Origin: an uncultured Gemmatimonadales bacterium
Lineage (GTDB): Bacteria; Gemmatimonadota; Gemmatimonadetes; Gemmatimonadales; Gemmatimonadaceae
DNA: 64,000 nt
Direction: 5' to 3'
Assembly: GCA_963793305.1 (NCBI GenBank)
Contig: CAWBZV010000002.1
Coordinates: 128,001-192,000 of the forward strand
Under the pieces are notes generated by a model, which was not told the DNA's origin, searched no databases, and was given only the letters and a program-made list of their open reading frames with translations. Positions 9,390-19,462 of this stretch are shown piece by piece. The position numbers were made by a program, and so were the translations under genes. Position 1 is the stretch's first letter. The number at the start of each line of letters is the position of its first letter.

Positions 9390-10795
9390 AACGCGCTGTC
9401 GTGCTGCTGTTCGCCGTCGTGTCGTGCGACCCGGGCAGCACCTTGCACCCGACCGATCGCAGCACGATCACCCCGCAGCAGCTGTATGGGAGCAAGCAAA
9501 ATCTCCCCACCGCACGCCTTTCGGCCCTCGGCGATTTTCAAATTGCCTTTGGCGGATCCGCGGACGAGGCGGGAGGTGGGCATGAGGGACACATCAACAT
9601 GACGGGCCTCTTCGTCGACGAGCTCACGGACGAAGAGACATTCCCCACGCGCATTCAGGTCGACACGCGCATTGCCCCAGCCGTGAACGCGTCGCTGCGC
9701 GGCGTATTCCTGGATCTCCAAACCACGCGCGTGTCGGCAGAACGCACCGACACGGCATACCAGAAGTTCGACTCGCTCAACGTCGGCCACGCCGAAGTGG
9801 TCGACCTGGCGGGATTCGACTACGTGATGTTCGCCGAGAACTATTGCTCGGGCATTCCGTTCAGCACATTGGCATTTTCGGGCCAGATCACGTATGGCCA
9901 GCCGCTGCCGACGGATTCCATCTATGGCCGCGCGATGGCGGACTTTCAGCGTGCCGCGCTCCTCGCGCAAGCAACGATCGTCGCCGCGAACGACACCAAC
10001 GATGCGCAGACCGCGGCCGAGGCGCAGATCTATCTGTATGCCGCCCAGGTGGGCATCGGCCGTGTGCTGCTCGACGAGGGCCAGTACTCCGCCGCGGCGG
10101 CCGCCGTCGTGGGGATCCCCGGCAACTTCGCGTACCAGATGGAATTTTCGACGAACACCGTGAAGCAGAACAACGGCGCCTGGTACTACGGCGCGCCCGT
10201 TGGATTCTACTTCTCGGTGTCCGATGTCGAAGGCACGAACGGCCTCCAGTTCGCGGATACGACGACCGGCAACAATCCGACGATCGATCCGCGGGTGCCG
10301 GTGCAGAACACACAGCAGTACGGGTTCAACGGGTTCAGCTTCCCGTTCATGAACCAGCTCAAGTACCCGCAGGCGTCGAGCAACATCGACGTCGCCGACG
10401 GGATCGAGGCCAAGCTCATCATCGCCGAGGCGGCGCTCAAATCGTCCGATTTCGCGACCGAGAAGGCGAACCTCGACTCGGCCCGCGCCCAGTTCGTTCC
10501 GCCGGTCTTCGGGCCGGTCTCACCGATTCCCATCGACTCCGTGGCCGGAGCGGACGGCAACAACGCGACCCTGACGTTCTTCCGCGAGCGCGCGTTCGAT
10601 CTCTATCTCACCGCGCACCGGTTGAGCGATCTCCGGCGGCTCGTGCGGCAGTATGGGTTCAATCCCAACGCCGTGTTCCCGATCGGTCTCGACGTGACGA
10701 CCGGCACGAACTACGGGACCGACGTCACGTTCCCCGGCTCGTCAGACGAGGCGAACAACCCGAACTATCACGGCTGCCTCAATCGGAACCCGTAG
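9383..10795 (+). CDS. susD: RagB/SusD-like lipoprotein
   Basis: ATG at 9383 overlaps the susC stop; lipobox VVSC; FAENYCSGIP, EAKLIIAEA and RERAFDLYLTAHRLSDLRR SusD motifs. Confidence 0.88.
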   Translation: MVKRAVVLLFAVVSCDPGSTLHPTDRSTITPQQLYGSKQNLPTARLSALGDFQIAFGGSADEAGGGHEGHINMTGLFVDELTDEETFPTRIQVDTRIAPAVNASLRGVFLDLQTTRVSAERTDTAYQKFDSLNVGHAEVVDLAGFDYVMFAENYCSGIPFSTLAFSGQITYGQPLPTDSIYGRAMADFQRAALLAQATIVAANDTNDAQTAAEAQIYLYAAQVGIGRVLLDEGQYSAAAAAVVGIPGNFAYQMEFSTNTVKQNNGAWYYGAPVGFYFSVSDVEGTNGLQFADTTTGNNPTIDPRVPVQNTQQYGFNGFSFPFMNQLKYPQASSNIDVADGIEAKLIIAEAALKSSDFATEKANLDSARAQFVPPVFGPVSPIPIDSVAGADGNNATLTFFRERAFDLYLTAHRLSDLRRLVRQYGFNPNAVFPIGLDVTTGTNYGTDVTFPGSSDEANNPNYHGCLNRNP

Positions 10796-10797
10796 CA

Positions 10798-12328
10798 TCA
10801 GGAACCTTCGGGAACAACGGAGTCTTTCGGGAACAACGGGCTCCCTTTGTCGACGTGCCACCCGGTAGGGTCGAGTGCCGGCAACGCCGCGAACCGCTGC
10901 TCGTGGACCGACCCCGGCGCGCCCAGCTGCCGCCAGAGCTCCTCGCATTTCTGCGGCATGAACGGCGCGAGGTGCACCACTTGCCAGGCAATCGCCAGGA
11001 TCAGCGTCGCCAGCGTCTCTTCCAACGCCGCACGCTGATCGGGGTCCTTGGCCAACTTCCACGGCGCCGACTGGTCGACGTACTCGTTAGCGCGTGCCAC
11101 GTGGTCCCGCACGATGCGCAGCGCCTCGTGGGGTAGATATCCGCGCTCGCCGCCCATGCATGCGTGGTAGATACTATAGTCGGCTGTCTGGCGCGCCCGG
11201 GCGGGGACGACACCCGAGCAGTATCGGTCAACCATGGCAATGGTCCGACTGGCGAGATTCCCGAATGCATTGGCGAGATCGGAGACGTACACCGCGTCGA
11301 ACCGTTCCCAGGTGAACTCACCGTCTCCGTTGAACGGCACGTCGCGCATGAGATAGTAGCGACACGCGTCCGGCCCATGCCGGCCGACGATATCTCCAAG
11401 CTCGACTTTCACGCCGGCTGACTTACTGAGCTTGTCGCCACCCATGGTCACAAAGCCATGCGCCCACACGTGCTCGGGCAGGGCCACCCCAGCCGACTCC
11501 AGTATCGCCGGCCAAATGACACAGTGGAATCGTGTGATGTCTTTCCCAACAAAATGCACGGTGGCCGGCCAGCGTTTCTCGTAGCCAGGATCCGGGTACC
11601 CAGTGGCCGTGAGATAATTCATCAAGGCCTCGAACCACACGTACACCGTCTGCGCGACCCCATCGCTGGTCGGTCGCGGGAAGGGGATGCCCCACGCGAG
11701 TCTCGCCCGGCTGGCCGAGACGTCCTCGAGTCCCTGATCGAGCAAAGCCAGAATTTCGTTCTTGCGGATTTCCGGAAAAACAAAGTCCGGCTGACTCGCG
11801 AAGTGACGCCGCAAGAACTCGCCGTACCGACTCAGCCGAAAGAACCAGTTGCGCTCGGTGATCCACTCGAGCACGCGAGTGGGATGCAACTCGCATCGCC
11901 CGTCGATGATCTCGGCGTCAGTCTTGAACGCCTCGCACCCGACGCAATACCAGCCCTCGTACGATTTCTCGTAGAAGTCGTCGGGATTGCGCTCCAGGAT
12001 GCGCTCCAGGAGTGCCGTGACGCCGCGCCGATGCTGGGGACTGGTCGTCCGATAGAACACATCGCGCGAGATGCCAAGCCGATCCCAACTAGCGCTGAAG
12101 TGACCGGCAATCGTGTCGACTTGCTCTTGCGGCGTGACCCCGCGCGCGGCCGCGGCCTGCGCGACTTTCGTCCCGTGCTCATCCATGCCGATGAGGAAGT
12201 AGAACGTCGTCGCCGGCCAAGCGACGATAGCGCGCGAAGACGTTGGCGCCGATCTTCTCGACGGCGTGTCCTAGGTGGGGCTCTCCGTTCGCGTAGTCGA
12301 TCGCCGTGGTGAGGTACGTGCGCGCCAC
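10798..12328 (-). CDS. metG: Methionine--tRNA ligase, short form; apparent +1 frameshift near 12203
   Basis: N-terminus from GTG 12328 reads TYLTTAIDYANGEPHLGH (HIGH motif) in a different frame. It joins YFLIGMDEHG...GKDITRFH...KLSKS after one base is removed at GAACGTC 12202-12208. Confidence 0.93.
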
Positions 12329-13434
12329 TATTCCGTCGGCGCCTCGTCGGTCGGTGGCGCACTCCCACCACCCTTCCCACGTCCACGACGCCCGCCCCGG
12401 CGACCCCGCCGCCGCTTCTTCGGCCCAGCCGTAGCCGCTGCCGGCTCCTCCTCGCTTGGAGGCGGGACAGGGGCCGGAGGCGGTACCACCAAGGCGGCGC
12501 GTGCCGCGATCGTCGCGGCATACGTCCCCGTATCCGGCAGGATCTCATCGATCTCGGCGAGCTCCGGTGCCTCGGCCGACACCGAGAGATCTGCCACGGC
12601 GTCGCCCCCATCGAGCTCGGCGCGGAACGCGGCAAGAGCAATCACCCGCGTCTCGCCCTCGGCCGAGCGCAGCATCACGCGCTCGTTGAAGATGTCGTTC
12701 GAGACGACCTTCTCCTCGCCCTTGGCGGTCGTGACGGTCTTGCCCTCTTTCGGGAATTTCTTGCGGCTGTGCACGTAGAACTCGTGCTCGTAGCGGAGAC
12801 AGCACATGAGTCGCCCGCACGCACCGGAGATCTGGCTGGGGTTGAGACTCAATCGCTGGTCCTTGGCCACGCCGAGATTGACCGGCCTCAATTCCGGCAG
12901 CCATGACGCCGAGCAGTACTGCCGCCCGCATCGCCCCACACCGTCGAGCCGCTTCGCCTCGTCCCGCACGCCAATCTGCTTCAGCTCGATGCGGGCCCGG
13001 AACAGCGACGCGAGATCCCGCACGAGATTGCGAAAATCAACCCGCTTCTCGGCCGTGAAATAAAACGTCAATTTCTTCTTATCCCACTGCCACTCGGCGT
13101 CCGACATCTTCATGACGAGCCCGTGGGCCTTCACTCGCTCGGCCCCTTTTCGGCGCGCCGATTCGTCCTGGCCCCGGACATCGCGCGCTTGGCGCACCTC
13201 GGCCGACGTGGCCACGCGGAGTGCGCGGCGGGGAGGGGGAGCCGCGCCGCAGCCATGCGCGCAGCCGACGCACCGCTTCTGCGCCAGCTCGCCGAGGGAA
13301 TGCACGGTGCCAAGATCCTCGCCCCGGTCGGCGTCGACGATGACCGCCGATTTGAGCGGCGGCGCTTCGTCGGCGTCCCAGGTGAAGAACTCTTTTCGAT
13401 TGCCTTTGAAGGCGACTTCTACGAGGTGCGGCAA
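12328..13434 (-). CDS. ricT: PSP1-domain regulatory Fe-S protein RicT/YaaT
   Basis: FYFTAEKRVDFRNLVRDLA, RIELKQIGVRDEAK, CGRQYC and SGACGRLMCCLRYE; Arg/Gly-rich disordered tail. Confidence 0.9.
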   Translation of the reverse strand: MPHLVEVAFKGNRKEFFTWDADEAPPLKSAVIVDADRGEDLGTVHSLGELAQKRCVGCAHGCGAAPPPRRALRVATSAEVRQARDVRGQDESARRKGAERVKAHGLVMKMSDAEWQWDKKKLTFYFTAEKRVDFRNLVRDLASLFRARIELKQIGVRDEAKRLDGVGRCGRQYCSASWLPELRPVNLGVAKDQRLSLNPSQISGACGRLMCCLRYEHEFYVHSRKKFPKEGKTVTTAKGEEKVVSNDIFNERVMLRSAEGETRVIALAAFRAELDGGDAVADLSVSAEAPELAEIDEILPDTGTYAATIAARAALVVPPPAPVPPPSEEEPAAATAGPKKRRRGRRGGRRGRGKGGGSAPPTDEAPTE

Positions 13435-14409
13435 CTACGTCTCCGAGACTTGCCCCATCTTGAGGAACTTCTCCCGCCGGCGCCGCACAAGCTTGTCCGG
13501 CTTGAGGTTGCGCAGATCCTCCAAATTGCGGGTCAGTGCCTGCTGCACCGCTTTGGCTGCCGAGCCATGGTCGGTCTGCGCGCCGCCGGGCGGCTCCGGG
13601 ATAATCTCATCGATGACACGGAGCTCGAACAGGTCGGGCGCGGTGAGTCTCAGCGCGTCAGCCGCTCTTTCCCGCATCTCGGGACTCTTTCCGTCTTTCC
13701 ATAGAATAGCAGCGCATCCTTCGACCGTGATCACCGAGTACACGGCATTCTCGAGCATGAGCACCCGGTCGGCCACGCCAAGCGCCAAAGCGCCACCGGA
13801 TCCCCCCTCACCGATCACCGTGGCAATGATCGGGACTTCGAGGTCGCTCATCTCGAAGAGATTTCGCGCAATGGCCTCCGACTGCCCCCGCTCCTCCGCT
13901 CCCAATCCCGCCCAAGCGCCCGGCGTATCGATGAACGTCATCACGGGCACGCGGAATTTCTCGGCGATTTTCATGAGGCGAAGGGCCTTGCGATAGCCCT
14001 CCGGGTGGGGCATGCCGAAGTTGCGCCGGAGGTTTTCTTTCGTGTCCCGCCCGCGCTGGTGCCCGATGATCATGACGGTCTCGCCGTCCAACCGCGCCCA
14101 ACCCCCTATAATGGCCGCATCATCTCTGAACGCTCTATCACCGTGTAGTTCGATAAAATCGGTGAAGGCGAGCCGGATATAATCGGCCGTAAAGGGACGT
14201 TTGGAGCTACGCGCAACCTGCACGCGTTGCAGCGGCGTCAGGTTGCGATAGATCTCGACCCGGAGCTCGGTCAGTTTCTTTTCGAGTGGTGCGATTTCTT
14301 CCGTGACTTCGATCTGCTGCCCGCCGGAAATTCGCTTCAGCTCCTCGATTTGCCGTTCGAGCTCGGCGATCGGTCGCTCGAATTCCAGCGTGTTGGCGGT
14401 CGTGGCCAT
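13435..14409 (-). CDS. accA: Acetyl-CoA carboxylase carboxyltransferase alpha
   Basis: [31 protein letters not shown] and [13 protein letters not shown] at 14409; follows dnaE. Confidence 0.96.
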   Translation of the reverse strand: MATTANTLEFERPIAELERQIEELKRISGGQQIEVTEEIAPLEKKLTELRVEIYRNLTPLQRVQVARSSKRPFTADYIRLAFTDFIELHGDRAFRDDAAIIGGWARLDGETVMIIGHQRGRDTKENLRRNFGMPHPEGYRKALRLMKIAEKFRVPVMTFIDTPGAWAGLGAEERGQSEAIARNLFEMSDLEVPIIATVIGEGGSGGALALGVADRVLMLENAVYSVITVEGCAAILWKDGKSPEMRERAADALRLTAPDLFELRVIDEIIPEPPGGAQTDHGSAAKAVQQALTRNLEDLRNLKPDKLVRRRREKFLKMGQVSET

Positions 14410-14414
14410 GGGAA

Positions 14415-17400
14415 TCAATTTCCCCGTACGAGACGCACGCGTTCGGATCCCAAGAGCGCGCGCAGTTCCGTGAGAGCCGCGGTGGACGCCGACAACGCCA
14501 TGCTGCGCGACCGGAGCCGCGCGCGAGTCCCGTTGCCGTCCGACCATCGCATTTCCAGCGGCGCCGTGCCCGGATGGGCATCAACCACCGCGCGGACGTC
14601 GGTCATGACTTCCGGCGGGAGCGTCGTGCCTGGTCCGAGGTCGATCGACACGACCATCTGACCATTACAACGCAACTCCGCCAACCGCTTGACCGTCTCG
14701 ACGATGAAGGTCGGGTTGTCGCCTCCCTGATCGCGTTTGCCGTAACTGCCTTCGAGGAGTACGGGCACATCCGGCTTGAGCCGATCCTGCAGCGCCGCCC
14801 ACGTCTCTGGGAAGACCAGTACCTCAGAAGATCCAGAAAAATCCTCGACTGTCAACCTGGCGAACTCCGCGCCGGAGCGCTTGCTCACCTGCCGTTTCAC
14901 GGCCGTAATCACGACCCCGAGCTTGATGCGCTCGGTCGACCAGACCCCCAGTTGGGCAACCTTATGGGTCGCAAATAGCTCGCACTCGGCCCGGTAGGGG
15001 TCCAGCGGGTGGCCGGACGTATAGAACCCGAGGATCTCCTTCTCCTTCGCCAAACGTTCGGTTTCCGAGTAGGGCGCGATATTCGCCAGCTTGAGTTGCT
15101 GTCGATCCATCGCCGGCGCCTCTCCGCCGAAGCTCCCGAACAGGCTCGCCTGGCCGCTGGCGACTTCGTCCTGCACGAAGGCCGCCTCGTTGATCGCGCG
15201 ATCGAGAGCATCGTGGTACTGCGCCCGGTGCCCCCCGAGCGAATCGAGTGCGCCAGCGTTGATCAGCGCCTCGAACACGCGCTTATTGCAGAGCCTGAGA
15301 TCCACCCGTTCAGCAAACTCGAAGAAATTCTTGAAGGATCCCTGCTTCCTGGCGGCCAGGATGCTATCGATGGCGCCCCGCCCCACATTCCGGATGGCGC
15401 CCAGCCCAAACCGGACCCGGTTTTCGCCGACGACGGTGAACCGATAACCCGATTCGTTGACGTCAGGCGGCAAGACATCGAGCCCGAGCTCACGGGCTTC
15501 GTTGATATACTTGACCACCGAGTCCGTGTCGCCGATCTGCGACGACAGCAACGCGGCCATGAAGTCGGCCGGATAGTGCGTCTTGAGCCAGGCCGTCTGG
15601 TACGACAGGATCGAGTAGGCGACCGAGTGGGATTTATTGAAACCATATCGGCCGAACGTCTCGATCTGCGCCGCGATCTCCTCGATGACCGGCCGCGGGT
15701 GACCCTTGGCAACCGCCTTCGAGATAAACTTGCCAAGCTCGGCCCGGATGAGCTCCGCGTCTTTCTTTCCCACGGCTTTGCGCAGCACGTCGGCTTCAGC
15801 CAGTGAGATCCCCGCCAGGACCTGCGCGATGCGCATGACCTGTTCCTGATAGGTGATCACACCGTACGTGGCCGAGAGAATGGGCTCGAGCTCGGGCAAC
15901 GCATACGTGACCGGCTCTTCGCCGCGCTTGCGTCGGATGTAGACCCGGTGCATGCCGGCGTCGAGAGGACCGGGCCGCATGAGCGCGTTCGACGCGACGA
16001 GATCGTCGAACCGATCGCACCGCATGCTGCGCAGGATGTCGGTGGCGAGCGGTGACTCGAACTGAAACACGCCCGATGTCCGGCCCGCGCGCAGCATCCG
16101 GTACGTCGGCTCGTCATCGAGCGGCAGCGTGTCGAGGTTGAGCGTCTGACCGGTGCGCTCGGCGATCGACGCGACCGCGTAGGTCAGAATGGTCAGCGTC
16201 GTCAGCCCGAGAAAATCCATCTTGAGCATGCCGGCCTTCTCGAGGGCCGTCATGTCGAACTGCGTCACGACGACGGTCTCGTCGCCGGCGCCCCCGGCGC
16301 CCTTCGTCGTCGTCGTGAAGATCGGGACGTATTCGTCGAGTGGACCTGGCGCGATGACGACGCCGGCCGCGTGCACGCCCGAGTGGCGCGAGAGCCCTTC
16401 GAGCGCGATCCCGTACTCGAGCAGCTGCCGATAGCGCTCGTCCTGCGCGTACAGCCGCTTCACTTCCGGGATCTGCTTGGTCGCCTCTCGGATCGTCAGC
16501 GAGTAGTTCGGCTGATTGGGGATCAGCTTGGCTAACGCATCCGTCTCGGCCGGCGTGAATCCCAGCGTTCGCCCAACGTCCTTGATGGCCGCCCGTGATT
16601 TCAGCGTTCCGAACGTGACGATCTGTCCGACGGAATCCCGTCCGTATTTCTGTCTCACGTAGTCGATGACTTCGCCGCGTCGCTCGAAGCAGAAGTCGAC
16701 GTCGATGTCGGGCATCGACACCCGATCCGGATTCAAGAACCGCTCGAACAGCAGGTCGAACACGAGCGGATCGATGTCCGTGATTCTCAGCGAGTACGCG
16801 ACCAATGACCCGGCCGCCGAACCTCTTCCCGGCCCCACGGGAATACCCCGATCCCGGGCTGCCTTGATGAAATCAGCGACGATCAAGAAATACCCGGCGT
16901 ACCCCGTCTTGGTGACCACGCCCAACTCGTAATCGAGTCGCTCCCGGACCGCCGCGGGCAACGGATCGCCGTATCGCTCTCTGGCGCCTTGCTCAGCAAG
17001 CCGCACCAGTAACTCGTTCTCGCTCGATACCTCGGGAGGAAGCGGGAACGACGGCAAATAGTATTTCTTGGCGAACGTGATATCGGCTTGGTCGGCGATC
17101 TTGAGCGTGTTCTCGAGAACATCGGGCCGGTCGGCAAAGTGGGCCGAGATTTCGGGCGCGGATTTGAAATAGAGCCCGCGGTCGTATCGCATCCGATCCG
17201 CATCGTCCCGATCCTTGCCCAGCCCGATGCAGAGGAGCACGTCGTGCGCGTCGTGATCCTCGCGCCGCAAAAAGTGCGAGTCATTCGTCGCGATGACCGG
17301 CAGACCGAGCTCAGCCGCAAGCGAAAAGACCCGCGTATTCAGCTCGCGCTGGCCTTCCGTGTCATGCGCCTGAACCTCCAGATAGTACCGGCCAGGGAAC

Positions 17401-17897
17401 GTCTCCGCGTACCACGTCGCGGCATCACGAGCCCCCGCGATGTTGCCGTTCAGAAGGTTGCTGGCGACCTCGCCAGCCATGCAGGCCGAGCTGACGATGA
17501 TGCCTTCGCTGAACTGTTTCAGTAGCTCCCTATCGACCCTGGGTTTGGTGTAGAACCCTTCCACATACCCGAGGGACGAGAGCTTGATGAGGTTCTTGTA
17601 GCCCGTGGCGTCACGGGCGAGGAGCACCAAATGGTAGTAGGGCTTTGCTCCAGGCGACTGGCGCTGGCGGGCACCGCGCGCGCCAGGCGCGACATACGCC
17701 TCCATCCCGATGATCGGCTTGAGGCCAGCTTTTTTCGCCTTTTCCTGGAATTCCCAGGCGGCGTGCATATTCCCGTGATCGGTGATCGCCAGCGCGGGCT
17801 GTTCGAATTCCAGCGCTCGCTCGATCAGATCGTCGATTCGGTTGGCCCCGTCGAGGAGGGAATACTCCGAATGGCAGTGGAGATGGACGAAAGACAT
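14415..17897 (-). CDS. dnaE: DNA polymerase III alpha subunit
   Basis: PHP domain ([13 protein letters not shown]), [26 protein letters not shown] and an OB fold. Confidence 0.98.
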   Translation of the reverse strand: MSFVHLHCHSEYSLLDGANRIDDLIERALEFEQPALAITDHGNMHAAWEFQEKAKKAGLKPIIGMEAYVAPGARGARQRQSPGAKPYYHLVLLARDATGYKNLIKLSSLGYVEGFYTKPRVDRELLKQFSEGIIVSSACMAGEVASNLLNGNIAGARDAATWYAETFPGRYYLEVQAHDTEGQRELNTRVFSLAAELGLPVIATNDSHFLRREDHDAHDVLLCIGLGKDRDDADRMRYDRGLYFKSAPEISAHFADRPDVLENTLKIADQADITFAKKYYLPSFPLPPEVSSENELLVRLAEQGARERYGDPLPAAVRERLDYELGVVTKTGYAGYFLIVADFIKAARDRGIPVGPGRGSAAGSLVAYSLRITDIDPLVFDLLFERFLNPDRVSMPDIDVDFCFERRGEVIDYVRQKYGRDSVGQIVTFGTLKSRAAIKDVGRTLGFTPAETDALAKLIPNQPNYSLTIREATKQIPEVKRLYAQDERYRQLLEYGIALEGLSRHSGVHAAGVVIAPGPLDEYVPIFTTTTKGAGGAGDETVVVTQFDMTALEKAGMLKMDFLGLTTLTILTYAVASIAERTGQTLNLDTLPLDDEPTYRMLRAGRTSGVFQFESPLATDILRSMRCDRFDDLVASNALMRPGPLDAGMHRVYIRRKRGEEPVTYALPELEPILSATYGVITYQEQVMRIAQVLAGISLAEADVLRKAVGKKDAELIRAELGKFISKAVAKGHPRPVIEEIAAQIETFGRYGFNKSHSVAYSILSYQTAWLKTHYPADFMAALLSSQIGDTDSVVKYINEARELGLDVLPPDVNESGYRFTVVGENRVRFGLGAIRNVGRGAIDSILAARKQGSFKNFFEFAERVDLRLCNKRVFEALINAGALDSLGGHRAQYHDALDRAINEAAFVQDEVASGQASLFGSFGGEAPAMDRQQLKLANIAPYSETERLAKEKEILGFYTSGHPLDPYRAECELFATHKVAQLGVWSTERIKLGVVITAVKRQVSKRSGAEFARLTVEDFSGSSEVLVFPETWAALQDRLKPDVPVLLEGSYGKRDQGGDNPTFIVETVKRLAELRCNGQMVVSIDLGPGTTLPPEVMTDVRAVVDAHPGTAPLEMRWSDGNGTRARLRSRSMALSASTAALTELRALLGSERVRLVRGN

Positions 17898-17914
17898 CAG
17901 ACTTTTATAATAGT

Positions 17915-19012
17915 ATGATCGGGACCGCCTGGCGTCTCTTAGGCCTCGTTGCCCTCCTTACTGTCGTGCTCGCTACGGGCACGCCCACCGGCCGCTACCT
18001 ACTCCGAGCGGCTTGGGAAGAAGGAAAGATCCTGGCGCACCGTCGGCCGATCACCAAAGTCATCGCGGATTCGTCGACTCCCCCGGCCACTCAGTCTCAA
18101 CTCCGGCTGGTCCTGGACGCCCGCGATTTCGCCCAACGCTTAGGGCTAGCCGCCAAGGGCAGCTTCACGACATACACGCGTGTTGATCACGACACTTTGG
18201 TCATGGTCCTCGGTGCTGCCTACCGAGACCAGCTCCGATCGTACACGTGGTGGTTTCCGATCGTCGGGAGTGTCCCCTACAAGGGATACTTCGACTTCCT
18301 GGCCGCCGAACGCGCTGCCGCGGCGCTCCGGCAGGAGGGATTCGACGCCTATGTCCGCCCAACCGCGGCATTCAGCACGTTGGGGTTTTTCAACGACCCC
18401 CTGCTGTCCTCATCACTCCATGATGACTCGGTGGGCTTGGCCAACACCGTCATCCACGAGTTGACCCACAACACGTACTACGCGCCCAATCAGGCAATTT
18501 TCAACGAATCATTCGCCAACTTCGTCGGCTCGCGCGGGGCCGAGGCATTCTTTCGCTCCCGCGGGGACTCCGCCGCTGCCGCCTTCGCGGCCGAGAGTTG
18601 GGCAGACGAGAAGGTCCTCGGCCGGTTCTGGACCGGCGTGTACGATCAACTCGACTCGGCCTTCCGCGCGCATCCCACCGACAAGAGTGCCCGGCTCGCC
18701 GCTCGGGACGTGATTTTCGCTCACACCAAGGAGCGGCTCGTGGACTCAGTCGGGCCACTGCTCAAGACCTACCCCCGAGAGGCGCTGGTCAGGGCGCGGC
18801 TCGACAACGCCGCGCTGCTGGCGCGCCGGGTCTACCACACGGACCTCGATCTCTTCGACAGCGTCTACGCGCTCTCGGGCAACGACTTAGGCGTAGCGGT
18901 CCGCCGCATCATTGCGGCGGCGCGCGAGCACAAGAACGACGGCTTCGAGGGACTACGGTCGCTCGTCGGCGCTGGGGCCGTAGGGAGTCGGCGGCAGGGA
19001 GACCCCAAGTAG
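17915..19012 (+). CDS. Predicted secreted zinc aminopeptidase (DUF2265-like)
   Basis: Signal/TM segment, WWFPIVGSVPYKGYF, AFSTLGFFNDP, HELTH and FNESFANFV. Confidence 0.85.
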   Translation: MIGTAWRLLGLVALLTVVLATGTPTGRYLLRAAWEEGKILAHRRPITKVIADSSTPPATQSQLRLVLDARDFAQRLGLAAKGSFTTYTRVDHDTLVMVLGAAYRDQLRSYTWWFPIVGSVPYKGYFDFLAAERAAAALRQEGFDAYVRPTAAFSTLGFFNDPLLSSSLHDDSVGLANTVIHELTHNTYYAPNQAIFNESFANFVGSRGAEAFFRSRGDSAAAAFAAESWADEKVLGRFWTGVYDQLDSAFRAHPTDKSARLAARDVIFAHTKERLVDSVGPLLKTYPREALVRARLDNAALLARRVYHTDLDLFDSVYALSGNDLGVAVRRIIAAAREHKNDGFEGLRSLVGAGAVGSRRQGDPK

Positions 19013-19462
19013 CCGCAGGTACACGCCGAGCTGGGCCCGATGGTGGATGCCGTGGCTCAGCACCCGCAAGCGGAACGCTTCAATCTTCGGCTTGGTGTAG
19101 ATGGTGTGGCCGAACGCCTTGAACGTCCACGGCTGGGCGAGCATCGCGTCGTCCGCATTGCCCAGCATCTCTCGCGCGCGCTGGACGTTCGCGTCGAACG
19201 TCTCCAGCAGCTCGGCATTCGTCGACGCTTCGCGTCCCTTCGGCGGAACCTGCCCTGGGGTGCCATAGCTGAACTCGTCGCCCTCGAAGATCCACCGCGA
19301 GGAGCCCGGGATCTCGGCGAGGTGCATGGAGAGTCGTCCGAGCTTCATGGATTTCTCATGCGGGTGCCAATCCATCTGGCCTTCGGGGACGCGTTCCAAG
19401 AAGCGACGGGTTGTCGCCATCTCCGCTTCGAAATCGGCCAGCGCGAGGTCTTTGAGTGTCAT
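18953..19462 (-). CDS. DinB/YfiT-family protein
   Basis: WHPHEKSMKLGRLSMHLAE and HGIHHRAQLGVYLR. Confidence 0.9.
   Translation of the reverse strand: MTLKDLALADFEAEMATTRRFLERVPEGQMDWHPHEKSMKLGRLSMHLAEIPGSSRWIFEGDEFSYGTPGQVPPKGREASTNAELLETFDANVQRAREMLGNADDAMLAQPWTFKAFGHTIYTKPKIEAFRLRVLSHGIHHRAQLGVYLRLLGVSLPPTPYGPSADERP

Noticed and set aside
10798..12328. metG, coaE and four other genes as genuine pseudogenes
   Set aside because: Each has a single +1 lesion at the same motif, both halves are otherwise intact, and some are essential; sequencing artefact is more parsimonious.
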